This document shows positions 1-9,504 of a DNA stretch of 64,000 nucleotides, piece after piece (position 1 is the stretch's first letter; each line of letters starts with the position of its first letter). The translations under genes and the position numbers were made by a program. The notes beneath the pieces are model-generated. The model was not told the origin of the DNA, did not search any database, and saw only the letters and a program-made list of their open reading frames with translations. Origin of the DNA: Candidatus Nomurabacteria bacterium RIFCSPHIGHO2_02_40_30 (lineage in GTDB: Bacteria; Patescibacteriota; Minisyncoccia; Phycocordibacterales; UBA9973). The stretch spans positions 159,859 through 223,858 of the forward strand of contig MFTV01000016.1 of the NCBI GenBank assembly GCA_001785445.1. The letters are read 5' to 3'.

Positions 1-165
1 TGCCTTGGTACTCTTCGAGTAAATAAATTTAATTGTCAGGAATAATTTTGTTTTCGTCAAAACAAAATTTTCACGACCCTACCTCGCCTGTTTTCTTTAC
101 TAAGAAAACATAGCTGTGGCTCAAACTAAATTAGAAAAAACCCAAGCAGTTGGATTTTCTCTAAT

Positions 166-1338
166 TTAGTTTGCCCAGCTCCAGTCAGTACCCGGATTTT
201 TAGCGTTGAAAACTTCGAAGTGAATATGCGGGCCAGTGGAGCGTCCAGTGTTGCCAACGTAGCCGATGACTTGACCACGCATAACGTCCGCGCCACTCTT
301 AGTATTAAGTCTAGACATATGCGCATACAATGTTTTTGTGCCATTTGGATGTTCTACTATGGCCATATTGCCGTATCCGCCACCACATCTTTTCTGGCCA
401 ACCTTACACCCTGTCTTGACTACCAGCACTTTTCCGGAAGCAGAGGCGTAAATTTCTGTGCCTGTCGGCGCTCCGATGTCTATGCCTCTATGCCCTGGGC
501 CATGCAGACCCTGAGTTTTGTGCCCAGCAGGGGCGGGATTTACAAAGTATCCAATTAGGTTTTGTATTGGATGTGTCGCGTAGTAATTTCTATCTCTCGC
601 TGGAGCAGAATTCAAATTTGGCGCAGGTTTGTCGCCTCCTTCATCAAACATCTCGCCACCCGGAATCATAAGTTTGTCTCCGACGTCGAGTTTGTCGTCA
701 GGAGTTATGCCGTTATAAAAAGCAATGTCATTTACATCTGCTTTATAAAGCTTAGCGATATTTTTTAGTGTTTGCCCTTTGGTAACTGTGTGTTCGAGTC
801 CGGAAATAGGTAAAATGAAAAGCACGTCACCTTCGACGAGCTTTTCTCCTTTTTTCATATCGTTGGCCGCAAGAATAGTATTAACAGAAACGCCGAACAT
901 GTCGGCTATGGCAGAGATAGAGTCACCTTTTCTTACTACATACACACTTGTCTCTTCAAGATCAGGGTCTGGGGTATAGTCTCCATCCGAAGACCCCATT
1001 GGACCAGTTGCGGGCACGAGAGCATTGTCGGAAAGAATACTGACACTTGTGTCAGTATTCAGAGTATCTTTTTTGCTAGACTTCTCGTTCTTTTCTTGAA
1101 TTATTGAAACGGAGGAAACATTTGCCTGAAGAAGGGCTAGGGTTTGAGAATTTTGCTGAATGTTTTTGTTTGGTTGAGTAGTGGTGTTCGTATCACTTTG
1201 CGCATAAGCGTCATCGCCTATGAGCGCAGAAAAGAAACCTGCTTGTGCCGGCAGAGGTGATAACGACAAAAACAACGACCCCAACAATAGGGAAATGCCC
1301 AGAAAAGAATGGAATATTTGAGTTAAAGTTCTCATCAT
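166..1338 (-). CDS. Secreted LysM-domain peptidoglycan endopeptidase, M23 family
   Basis: N-terminal signal peptide; two LysM-like segments (YVVRKGDSISAIADMFGVSVNTILAAN; HTVTKGQTLKNIAKLYKADVNDIAFYN); C-terminal M23 motifs (HRGIDIGAPTGTEIYA...GYGNMAIVEHPNG...GNTGRSTGPHIHFEV). Confidence 0.85.
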   Translation of the reverse strand: MMRTLTQIFHSFLGISLLLGSLFLSLSPLPAQAGFFSALIGDDAYAQSDTNTTTQPNKNIQQNSQTLALLQANVSSVSIIQEKNEKSSKKDTLNTDTSVSILSDNALVPATGPMGSSDGDYTPDPDLEETSVYVVRKGDSISAIADMFGVSVNTILAANDMKKGEKLVEGDVLFILPISGLEHTVTKGQTLKNIAKLYKADVNDIAFYNGITPDDKLDVGDKLMIPGGEMFDEGGDKPAPNLNSAPARDRNYYATHPIQNLIGYFVNPAPAGHKTQGLHGPGHRGIDIGAPTGTEIYASASGKVLVVKTGCKVGQKRCGGGYGNMAIVEHPNGTKTLYAHMSRLNTKSGADVMRGQVIGYVGNTGRSTGPHIHFEVFNAKNPGTDWSWAN

Positions 1339-1463
1339 AGTACCTAGCGTCCCTGATTCCAGTCATCTCAAGCGGTATCTGCCATATAAAGGTACTTAGG
1401 TAGGATAGTCCAAAATAGGTCAAAAGTCAACTGGGTGGGGATAACCCTAAAAACATCCAAAAT

Positions 1464-1492
1464 TTGACAAAATAAGATAAATAGTGTATAGT
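1464..1492 (+). promoter_or_regulatory. Sigma70-like promoter (TTGACA-N17-TATAGT) upstream of the 1551 CDS in the AT-rich divergent intergenic region
   Basis: ttgaca at ~1464-1469 and tatagt at ~1487-1492 with a 17-nt spacer; the position is appropriate for the + gene at 1551. Confidence 0.3.
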
Positions 1493-1550
1493 AGGAGTAC
1501 ATTTAGTTAAAAATTAGAGTTAAAAATTAAAATCTATATAATATAAATAT

Positions 1551-2684
1551 ATGTCACTGATATTAGATGCATTGAGAAAAGCAAAAAAAATAGTAGAAGC
1601 TAAAGACAAGCCTGTTGAGAAAAAGGTAGGTGGACCAATGCGAATTAATTTAAGTAACGAAGCAGAAAAGAAAAGACAAGAAAATAGGTCTGCGCCCGTT
1701 GTTGTACCTGAAAAAGTTGTAACTCCTGGCAGTGAGAATCTTGCGCCGCCTGATGATAAAACAGATGAGATATCTGCAAGAGGAGAATCCACAAGAGAAA
1801 GAGTTAGGAAAAATATAGAAAGAATTAAAGAAGAAAGAGAAGTAAGAAGGATAAGAGAAAGACTGCTTAATAGAGCAGATGGCAACATTAAGACTCCTGT
1901 AAAAAATGAGCAATATGCAGTAGCACCAGACGATCAAAGTCAAGAGTTTCTTACGGAGGTAAGAGAAAACCTGAGGTTAAAGAGTAAGCCTTTCTTTTTG
2001 CGATGGTATTATAAGAAAAAGGATACACCAGAGAAACTTGAAGAAAAAATCACAAGTATACGTAAAGACAATGAAAGAATGAGGCAGGAAAGTAATGAAT
2101 TTGCAGACGGAGTTTTGGATGCTGTTAAAAGAGCTCCGAAAAATTTTTTTAACTCTGTTAAAACAGAGTGGAATGGAGGAAAAATTGTAGAATTGAACAA
2201 AAAATTAGTAAGATTAAAAAATAAAATAGAAAGACAAAATAAGAGTAAACATGGACATACTGCTGGATATGGTGTCGAGCATAATGTAAGGGGAGATGCA
2301 GATAGGAGACGAGAAGTTCAACATAGTAGAGAAATAAGTCCGTACGACAATGGGGATGAGTCAAGTAGAGAAAATGACGAAGAAATCAATAACGTTAATA
2401 ACATACAAAGTAGAGAATTGACTGAAGTGTATGAAAATAACTTGAGAAAAGTTCTTCCAGAAAATACATATATAATTTGGCAAAATATAAATGCCCAAGA
2501 TACTATTATGTTAAAAGAAAACGAAGTGTCAGAAGAATTTAAAAGCTTGTTTTTTTATTTGCAAAAACTTCATAAGATAACTGAAGTTCAACCAACTTCC
2601 ACTCAAACTGTTGAGGAGTATATAAAATTTACTTTGCAAAAAGCAGAGCGAATGGGAAGGTTAGATCAAGTAAAGTTGAACTAA
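1551..2684 (+). CDS. Hypothetical highly charged (K/E/R-rich) protein
   Basis: Long ORF with coding-like periodicity and low-complexity charged composition; no recognisable catalytic motif. Confidence 0.5.
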   Translation: MSLILDALRKAKKIVEAKDKPVEKKVGGPMRINLSNEAEKKRQENRSAPVVVPEKVVTPGSENLAPPDDKTDEISARGESTRERVRKNIERIKEEREVRRIRERLLNRADGNIKTPVKNEQYAVAPDDQSQEFLTEVRENLRLKSKPFFLRWYYKKKDTPEKLEEKITSIRKDNERMRQESNEFADGVLDAVKRAPKNFFNSVKTEWNGGKIVELNKKLVRLKNKIERQNKSKHGHTAGYGVEHNVRGDADRRREVQHSREISPYDNGDESSRENDEEINNVNNIQSRELTEVYENNLRKVLPENTYIIWQNINAQDTIMLKENEVSEEFKSLFFYLQKLHKITEVQPTSTQTVEEYIKFTLQKAERMGRLDQVKLN

Positions 2685-2700
2685 TTTATGCTAGTATAAA

Positions 2701-4740
2701 TTGGTGGAAGACCACCTAAAGGAACTTAACAAAGAACAGAGGGAAGCGGCACTTCACATGAAAGGGCCGATTTTGATAGTGGCTGGCGCTGGAGCAGGGA
2801 AGACAAAAACTATCACGCACAGAATAGTGAATTTAATAAAAAACGGAGTTGCCCCTGAACGTATTTTGGCTGTAACTTTCACCAACAAAGCCGCCAAGGA
2901 AATGCGAGAACGCGTTATTGCCGAAATTGAAAAAAATGCCCAAATGACTCAAGAGCAAGACAATATTCCGTTTGTCAGCACTTTTCATTCGCTTGGAGTT
3001 TACATAATAAAAGAAAATGCGCGAATATTGGGGCTGACAAAATATTTTACAATTTTGGACGAGTCCGACTCTACTTCGCTCGTCAAAGAAGCGTTGAAAG
3101 AGATAGACATAGACCCCAAAATGTACGACCCCAAGAAAATAAAAAATATAATTAGCCGAGAAAAAGGAAAATTTATACACCTAGCCGACTATACAGAAAC
3201 AAACAGCAACAATACTTTGGGTAAAATAGTGGCGCAGGTTTGGAATTTATATGAAAAGAAAAAAGAAAAAGAAAATTCCTTGGATTTTGATGACTTGCTT
3301 TTAAAGGCGACAAAATTATTGAAAGATAACGCTGAAATTAGAAAAATATATCAGGAGAAATGGGAATATATACACATTGACGAGTATCAAGACACCAACG
3401 AAGTGCAATATTTGATGTCAAAATTGCTTTCGGAGAACAATAAAAACATCTGCGTGGTGGGAGATGCCGACCAAAACATATATTCGTGGCGGGGAGCAAA
3501 TTTGAAAAACATTTTAAGCTTTGAAAAAGATTATCCTGATGCGAAAATAGTTCTTTTAGAACAAAATTACCGTTCCACTCAAAATATTCTGGAAGCAGCC
3601 AATGTCGTCATCAAGAAAAATAAATACCGACCGGATAAAAATTTGTTTACCAAAAATAAAACCGGAGAAAAAATTTCTTTATACGAAGCACTCGATGAAA
3701 ACGACGAAGCAGACTTCGTCGCTACAAAAATTTTAGAAGTACTAGACAACGGAGTGGGCACTATTTTTGATAGGTCGCTGTCTGTGCGTGCTCGCACAGC
3801 GCTGCCTCTCGGCTCGTCAGCCTGCGAGACACCCCTCAAAAACACGCCCACTCCGTTGTCTGAAATAGCCATATTATATAGAGCCAATTTTCAGTCTAGG
3901 GCGCTGGAAGAAGCAATGCTCCGGTACAATATTTCATACCAAGTTTTAGGTGTGAAATTTTTTGAAAGAAAAGAAATTAAAGATACCTTGGCCTATCTGC
4001 GCGCTGCATTAAACAGAGACAGCCTTTCGGACGTAAAAAGAATCATAAATTTCCCTACACGGGGCATTGGCAAGGTCACCTTGGCTAAAATTTTTGCAAA
4101 TGACGTAGAAAGTCTGCCCATAAAAGTAAAAATCAAGGTTAATAACTTTTATAAAATTTTGGAAGACATAGGAGAAAAAATAAAAACTAGCAAAACCTCG
4201 GAAGTTATAAAGTTTGTGGTAAAAAAGTCCGGCATAGAAAGTGAATTATCAAATGGTACTGAAGAAGACATAGAAAGACTTGAAAATATAAAAGAACTAG
4301 CTACACTGGCGCTGAAGTATGATAATTTAGAAAATGGGGGAGGCGTAGAAAAGCTCTTGGAAGATGCGTCACTTGCAAGCGATCAAGACTCAATAATGAT
4401 TGAAGAGAAAAAAGAAACAAAAAACGCAGTTAAGCTTATGACGGTACACGCATCAAAGGGACTTGAATTTAAATATGTTTTTATCACTGGCCTTGAAGAC
4501 GGACTTTTCCCGCATCAGAAGCACAATGTGGAGGCAAGTGAAGATAGCGAAGAAGAACGTAGACTTTTCTATGTAGCGCTTACTCGCGCCAAAGAGAAGT
4601 TATTTCTATCATTTACAAATTTTCGCACCATCTTCGGTTCACGACAGATAAATGCGCCGTCGGAATTCGTTTCGGACATATCGGCAGGTTTATTAGAAAA
4701 AGAAGGGGAAAAAAATAAAATAAAAACTATCTATATATAA
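2701..4740 (+). CDS. pcrA: ATP-dependent DNA helicase, UvrD/PcrA/Rep family (TTG start)
   Basis: Walker A GAGAGKTKTITHRI; motifs AVTFTNKAAKEMRER, DEYQDTN, VVGDADQNIYSWRGA, ILYRANFQSRALEEA; C-terminal HASKGLEFKYVFITG and YVALTRAKEKL. Confidence 0.9.
   Translation: MVEDHLKELNKEQREAALHMKGPILIVAGAGAGKTKTITHRIVNLIKNGVAPERILAVTFTNKAAKEMRERVIAEIEKNAQMTQEQDNIPFVSTFHSLGVYIIKENARILGLTKYFTILDESDSTSLVKEALKEIDIDPKMYDPKKIKNIISREKGKFIHLADYTETNSNNTLGKIVAQVWNLYEKKKEKENSLDFDDLLLKATKLLKDNAEIRKIYQEKWEYIHIDEYQDTNEVQYLMSKLLSENNKNICVVGDADQNIYSWRGANLKNILSFEKDYPDAKIVLLEQNYRSTQNILEAANVVIKKNKYRPDKNLFTKNKTGEKISLYEALDENDEADFVATKILEVLDNGVGTIFDRSLSVRARTALPLGSSACETPLKNTPTPLSEIAILYRANFQSRALEEAMLRYNISYQVLGVKFFERKEIKDTLAYLRAALNRDSLSDVKRIINFPTRGIGKVTLAKIFANDVESLPIKVKIKVNNFYKILEDIGEKIKTSKTSEVIKFVVKKSGIESELSNGTEEDIERLENIKELATLALKYDNLENGGGVEKLLEDASLASDQDSIMIEEKKETKNAVKLMTVHASKGLEFKYVFITGLEDGLFPHQKHNVEASEDSEEERRLFYVALTRAKEKLFLSFTNFRTIFGSRQINAPSEFVSDISAGLLEKEGEKNKIKTIYI
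3745..3860. repeat. GC-rich palindromic element inserted in-frame in pcrA, bounded by perfect 15-bp inverted repeats
   Basis: gacaacggagtgggc (3745-3759) and gcccactccgttgtc (3846-3860) are exact reverse complements; an inner hairpin ctgtgcgtgctcgcacag (3782-3799) is present; the enclosed ~60% GC segment encodes TIFDRSLSVRARTALPLGSSACETPLKNTPTP, which sits between the conserved DNGVG and (A)ILYR(A/S)N helicase motifs and has no counterpart in UvrD/PcrA homologs. Confidence 0.55.
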
Positions 4741-4748
4741 GAAAATTT

Positions 4749-5597
4749 ATGAAAGCAAAAAAATCATTGGGACAGAATTTTTTGAAATCAGAGCCGGCTC
4801 TGCGAAAAATTGTTGAAGCAGGAGAAATAAAACCAGAGGACATAATTTTGGAAATAGGACCGGGGAAGGGTGCACTGACTAAAAAACTTTTGGAGAAGTG
4901 CAGGCATGTCATAGCTGTAGAAAAAGATTATGAACTTGTTTCTTTACTAAAAGAAAAATTCGCCGAACAGATAAAATCCAGCTCTCTTGTACTAGTGCAT
5001 GAGGACATACTGCAATTTAATATTGACGAAGCAGTTTTAACTTTTTCGAATGGTCTGGCCGGGAGAGGGACCCGGGAAACCGAGGACCTGAGAAAAAGTT
5101 CAAAACTGCGAAGTTATAAAATTATCGCCAACATTCCTTATAATATAACTGGAGCGATTTTGAAAAAATTTTTAACAGCAAAGAATCAGCCTACCACCAT
5201 GGTCTTAATGGTACAGCATGAAGTAGCTAAAAGAATAATGGCGTATGACGGCAAAGAGAGTCTCCTTTCACTTTCTGTCAAAATGTATGGTGAACCAAAA
5301 ATGGTCACGAAAGTTCCGGCGCGATATTTTTCTCCAAGCCCAAAGGTGGACTCGGCAGTAATTGCTATAAAAAATATTTCTAGAAAAATGTTTGAAGAAA
5401 ACAAAATTAATGAAGAAAATTTCTGGAAAATAGTGCATGCGGGTTTTGCCCACAAAAGAAAAAAGCTCTCTGGTAACTTAAAAAAGTTACAAATTTCGCA
5501 AGAACCGTTCTTGCGAAATTTAGGCAACAAAAGGGCGGAGGATTTGTCCCCAAAAGACTGGGTTGCTTTGGTGAAAAGTGCTATAATTAGGCCATAA
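4749..5597 (+). CDS. rsmA: 16S rRNA (adenine1518/1519-N6)-dimethyltransferase
   Basis: N-terminal KKSLGQNFL; SAM-binding EIGPGKGALT; ANIPYNIT motif; length typical of KsgA. Confidence 0.9.
   Translation: MKAKKSLGQNFLKSEPALRKIVEAGEIKPEDIILEIGPGKGALTKKLLEKCRHVIAVEKDYELVSLLKEKFAEQIKSSSLVLVHEDILQFNIDEAVLTFSNGLAGRGTRETEDLRKSSKLRSYKIIANIPYNITGAILKKFLTAKNQPTTMVLMVQHEVAKRIMAYDGKESLLSLSVKMYGEPKMVTKVPARYFSPSPKVDSAVIAIKNISRKMFEENKINEENFWKIVHAGFAHKRKKLSGNLKKLQISQEPFLRNLGNKRAEDLSPKDWVALVKSAIIRP
5042..5097. repeat. GC-rich palindromic mini-element inserted in-frame in ksgA; same family as the copy at 49921-49976
   Basis: tttttcgaatggtctggccgggagagggacccgggaaaccgaggacctgagaaaaa has conserved arms (gaatggtctggc ... 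ggaaaccgaggacctga) matching the reverse complement of the intergenic copy; it encodes ~19 extra residues (NGLAGRGTRETEDLRKS) immediately before the conserved NIPYNIT motif, where homologs have none. Confidence 0.55.
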
Positions 5598-5626
5598 TTA
5601 AATTAGATTGGTTAAAACACAAAAGG

Positions 5627-6517
5627 ATGCCTTGGATTGCTTTTGCAGTACTGTTTCTTTTGGCGCTTTTTTTCATAAAGAATAAATCTTCACTCCTAAA
5701 TAGCGTAAAAAATGAATCAACCACAGGGCTATCTTACGGCGATGCCATACTGGAAGACTTGGTAAATAAAGATACGGATCTAGATGGGGTATACGACTGG
5801 GAAGAGTCTCTTTGGGGGACTGACCCGACCAAAAAAGATACAGATGATGATGGGGTCTTAGACAACCTGGAAATAAAAGATTTATCGGCCCAGGGCGGAC
5901 TTGTCCCGGGAGGGCAGCAAGTAGAGCTTGGCAATGAAAAATTGACGGAAACGGACAAATTCTCCAGAGAGTTTTTTTCTATCGTTGCAACTCTCAATCA
6001 AAATGGACTGGTAGATCTGGCGACAGTGGACAAATTAGGTAGTTCCTTAGCTGACCGTATAAAAAATACCCTCCAGAGAAAAATGTTTTCTATTTCCGAC
6101 ATAAAAATAGCCTCAAGTGATACATTACAGGCTGTAAAAAACTACGACAACGCACTTACTAGTTTATATAAAAAATACCCCACTGGCAAAACAGTCATGG
6201 AAGTGTTGCAAAAATTTATGGTTGACGAGAACAATGTTGACGTGAATGTACTATCCGAGCTTGACCCTATAATAATTCGCATCCAAAAAATTATAACTGG
6301 GCTCTTGGAAATTAGTGTGCCGAAATCCCTCGCCTCCATCCATTTAGAGCTCGTAAATATCTTACAAAAGCTATCAGAAAATACGAGTGATATAAAACTT
6401 TATGAAAGTGATGTTATCGTAGCTTTGAGCGCCATCGGCCAGTATGAGGCGAATATCACTGCGCTGGAAACTACTTCAAATAAACTTGGTACTATAATTG
6501 AGCAAAAATTGAAGTAA
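5627..6517 (+). CDS. Membrane-anchored hypothetical protein with thrombospondin-type-3-like Ca-binding repeats
   Basis: N-terminal TM segment (IAFAVLFLLALFFI); DTDLDGVYDWEE and DTDDDGVLDNLE match DxDxDGxxD calcium-binding repeats. Confidence 0.5.
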   Translation: MPWIAFAVLFLLALFFIKNKSSLLNSVKNESTTGLSYGDAILEDLVNKDTDLDGVYDWEESLWGTDPTKKDTDDDGVLDNLEIKDLSAQGGLVPGGQQVELGNEKLTETDKFSREFFSIVATLNQNGLVDLATVDKLGSSLADRIKNTLQRKMFSISDIKIASSDTLQAVKNYDNALTSLYKKYPTGKTVMEVLQKFMVDENNVDVNVLSELDPIIIRIQKIITGLLEISVPKSLASIHLELVNILQKLSENTSDIKLYESDVIVALSAIGQYEANITALETTSNKLGTIIEQKLK

Positions 6518-6551
6518 AGAGTAAAAAACTGTATAATAACCTATGTAAACA

Positions 6552-9503
6552 ATGAAAAAAAAGACAAGTCAAAAATTAATCTCCTTTCTCATAATTATCG
6601 CAATACTGATTCCAGCTGTTTTATTTTCTAGGCCGAAACAGGCAGAAGCGCAGACTGCTCTCGGTGGCCCTAGCTGGCTAGTTGATATATTTACAGGCGG
6701 AACACTTGGTGCCTCCGGAGTAAGCGCTGGGCAAGAAACTATTCAGACAGGTTTTAAAATCAAAGAGTTCGCCAAAGACATTCTAAAACAAATTATAATG
6801 ACAGTGCAAAAAAGGCTTTTGGCGGAGATGACCAAGAGCACCATAAACTGGATCAATACTGGTTTCCATGGATCACCACTTTTCGTAGAAAATCCGAAAT
6901 CTTTTTTCACGGACATTGTAAAGTCGGAGGTAAAAACCATTGTGGACCAAATAGGCTACGATGTACTCCACCAGCCTTTCGGTAAACAAATGGCTTTGAA
7001 TATTATCAATAGCTACAAAAGCACCCTACAAAGCAATTCCGAATACACATTGAGTAGAGTTATAAATGACCCCAGACTGCTTCAGAACTATAGAACCGAT
7101 TTTAATGTTGGCGGGTGGAACGGTTTTTTTATCAATAACCTATACCCGCAGAATAATTATCTGGGGTACAACATGATAATCAGGGAAAGCCTTGGCAGAA
7201 AAGTAGACAACCCGATAAATAATGAAATAAAAAAAGTACAGGACACTTTACAAAAAGGGATGGGGTTCTTGTCGCCAGAGACTTGTCCGGGCAACAGCGC
7301 CAATTCTCAAGCATACAATAAAGTTATTGGCAATGCCTGGCAACGACCTAGCTTTAAAACTCCAGCTATGTCAGACAGTGAAAAAAATGCACTCAATGCC
7401 TGTTATAACAACAGTATTGGAGCCGAATCTGAGGCAGAAGCATGTGTCCAACGTGTACACGACCAATACAATACCAGAGTTGGCGCGGCTAAAGCCACTT
7501 GGGCGAACACCAATACTTGCAAGGCTGGTTTGGTTACTACCACTCCCGGCTCGGTGGTGGCAAGCCAAATCACCAATGCCATGGGCTCTAATTTCAGGCA
7601 AACGGAACTTGGCGCCGCTCTTGGCAATAGCATGTCGGCAATTTTTGATGCATTGCTAACTAAATTCTTAGGAGACGGCTTGAATGCGTTGGCCAGCAAA
7701 GTAAATCCAGAACCGGAGCCAGATACTTGGGATTATGATGGTCATACTCTTGGTGGTCCGGGAGATAATAACAGAGATCCATTTAGTGGTCCAGATGAAG
7801 TTGTGGACTTAGGTGACTTCAAAGAAACTGTAGACAGAGGAATAGAGAACACAAATATGGAGCTTGAACTTATCTTCAACGACATTACTGCTCTCATAGA
7901 TCCAGGTACAGGTAAGATTTTAAATAACCCTGGAATTATGCAAATACTTGGTTTGATTTGGCCAGCCACACGAGAACTCGATATATGTTTACCAGGTCCA
8001 GATTTGGGATGGCAGGCGCGAACACTCAAAGAGCTCGAAAGAAATAGTGGAAAACTTAACCAAAAATCTACTGATGATGATCCTAAAGAAGCAGCCACAG
8101 CCAGACTAGTTCTTCGAGAACTGCAATTTGCTGTAGATTTCTTTGAAGACTGGATAAATAACAAAATGATGATAGAACTTCCTAATGCCATATTGTATAT
8201 GGACGCAGTGGATGCGCTAGAAACCTTATATCAACAATCAGATGAGCTGGTTGCCCAAAAAAGAGCAAAGGCTTCGGCTCTAGCAAGATTGCAGGCTATT
8301 AAGTCTGGCCTAGACGATTTTACGACACAGCCAGAACCCAACTCGGGTGGGGAAAAAGTTTTGATCAATTTGAAAAAGCAGTACAATGCCATAAGTGCTA
8401 CTGTTTCCAATACTGCCAGCTTGGATGATACGCGAAACGATTTATCTATTGCTAAAGAGAAATTTGAAAAGTTGAAACAATTGACAAAACAGTGCACCGC
8501 AGAAAGAACAAAAAAGGGTTGGGCTAACCCAGGCGGGCAGAGTTCGCTCAATAACTCCGGCACAGAAAGACAACTATTTTGTGATTATCCAGTTAGTGGC
8601 GGGTACACTCATGAGTCATTTATAGGTCCTGACTCAACAAGACCTAAATTGCCAATGGTAAATGGAAAAAAAGTATTTAAATTTGACAAGGCTTTTGGTA
8701 GCGGCACCACTGACATAGCCATGGACTGCAATTTTATATACAAAGCGAATGTCTTGGATTATAAAGGCACTATTCCCGGCTTGACCACTGCCGTAGATTC
8801 ATCTCCAGCGTCACCCTTAGGCACATGTTCGTATTTAAACTACGAAGACGAACCAAGGGTTGATGAGAGTGTGACAGAAAGTGCCTGCCTAGACAGGGGC
8901 GGGACGTGGGGAGGAGTAGGGAGCTCAACTACCACAACCACAACTACCCCCCCCGGTACTCCACCACCTCCACCCCCAACAATTATCGGAAGCTGTGGAA
9001 CATCAAACGGGCAAATTTTCTCTTCCGGTTCTCTTACGACGAATCTATGTAGCACCGGCACTCCTTCTTCTTTATTTGGCTCTGGACCTTGGACTTGGAA
9101 TTGTAACGGCAGTGGTGTTGGCGGTTACGGCGCTACTTGTTCTGCCAACTTAGCGCAAGTAGTTACTCCACCACCTCCACCTACAGCCGGACAAGTAGCT
9201 TTGTCGGCTTCTTCTAGCATTGGTCCATCTTTCTCTATGGGGTCTGTAACACTTACCGCGACCAATCCTGACTCCGGACAATTTTATTATTACTTCTTTT
9301 GCAATCGCTCGCAGACTGACTCTCCTCCGCCAGTGCCAAATGGTTTTATAAATTCTCCCCTGTTGATCAGCGAGAGCACATATGTCTCTCCGGTAAAATG
9401 TAGTTACCCTACCGCAGGGACTTACCGTCCGAAAGTGATTAGTTTGAAACTTGGCAATCCGTTAATATGGCGGCAGGGCTGGGCAACGATAACTGTGCAA
9501 TAA
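6552..9503 (+). CDS. Large secreted protein (983 aa) at the head of the T4SS-like cluster; C-terminal Thr/Pro linker and a YYYFFCN/PKD-like domain
   Basis: Signal peptide (ISFLIIIAILIPAVLFSRPKQAEA); poly-Thr/Pro linker TTTTTTTPPGTPPPPPPT; C-terminal FYYYFFCN...C.YPTAGTYRPKV motif shared with the 2296-aa protein. Confidence 0.6.
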   Translation: MKKKTSQKLISFLIIIAILIPAVLFSRPKQAEAQTALGGPSWLVDIFTGGTLGASGVSAGQETIQTGFKIKEFAKDILKQIIMTVQKRLLAEMTKSTINWINTGFHGSPLFVENPKSFFTDIVKSEVKTIVDQIGYDVLHQPFGKQMALNIINSYKSTLQSNSEYTLSRVINDPRLLQNYRTDFNVGGWNGFFINNLYPQNNYLGYNMIIRESLGRKVDNPINNEIKKVQDTLQKGMGFLSPETCPGNSANSQAYNKVIGNAWQRPSFKTPAMSDSEKNALNACYNNSIGAESEAEACVQRVHDQYNTRVGAAKATWANTNTCKAGLVTTTPGSVVASQITNAMGSNFRQTELGAALGNSMSAIFDALLTKFLGDGLNALASKVNPEPEPDTWDYDGHTLGGPGDNNRDPFSGPDEVVDLGDFKETVDRGIENTNMELELIFNDITALIDPGTGKILNNPGIMQILGLIWPATRELDICLPGPDLGWQARTLKELERNSGKLNQKSTDDDPKEAATARLVLRELQFAVDFFEDWINNKMMIELPNAILYMDAVDALETLYQQSDELVAQKRAKASALARLQAIKSGLDDFTTQPEPNSGGEKVLINLKKQYNAISATVSNTASLDDTRNDLSIAKEKFEKLKQLTKQCTAERTKKGWANPGGQSSLNNSGTERQLFCDYPVSGGYTHESFIGPDSTRPKLPMVNGKKVFKFDKAFGSGTTDIAMDCNFIYKANVLDYKGTIPGLTTAVDSSPASPLGTCSYLNYEDEPRVDESVTESACLDRGGTWGGVGSSTTTTTTTPPGTPPPPPPTIIGSCGTSNGQIFSSGSLTTNLCSTGTPSSLFGSGPWTWNCNGSGVGGYGATCSANLAQVVTPPPPPTAGQVALSASSSIGPSFSMGSVTLTATNPDSGQFYYYFFCNRSQTDSPPPVPNGFINSPLLISESTYVSPVKCSYPTAGTYRPKVISLKLGNPLIWRQGWATITVQ

Positions 9504-9504
9504 A

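Noticed and set aside
135-150. 16-nt exact match aaaaaacccaagcagt at 135-150 and 10386-10401
   Set aside because: One copy is in a terminator loop and the other inside a coding region, with no structure or context in common. This is most likely chance in an A-rich genome.
122-175. 13-bp perfect inverted repeat caaactaaattag / ctaatttagtttg at the 3' end of the M23 peptidase gene
   Set aside because: It is probably just the gene's terminator hairpin, with the right arm overlapping the last codons. It has no T-tract on the relevant strand and no other copies, so it is not reported as a separate finding.
126-1423. Short ORFs (126..344 -, 220..558 +, 562..768 +, 779..979 +, 1211..1423 -) overlapping the M23 peptidase gene, and similar nested or antisense ORFs throughout the track (e.g. 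2833..3180, 10428..10679, 13128..13373, 29576..30064, 36670..37230, 55667..55885)
   Set aside because: They lie entirely inside or antisense to longer ORFs with clear protein-family signatures, have unusual composition and no motifs. They are frame-shadow artefacts typical of six-frame ORF calling.
3745-3860. Possibility that the pcrA insertion is an intein
   Set aside because: ~32 aa is far too small for an intein, and it lacks the Cys/Ser…HN splice-junction residues. Palindromic inverted-repeat-bounded architecture fits an RPE/MITE-like element instead.
8930-9000. GC-rich low-complexity run in the 983-aa ORF
   Set aside because: It encodes a Thr/Pro linker (TTTTTTTPPGTPPPPPPT). It is a protein-level low-complexity linker, not a nucleotide repeat element or CRISPR-like array.
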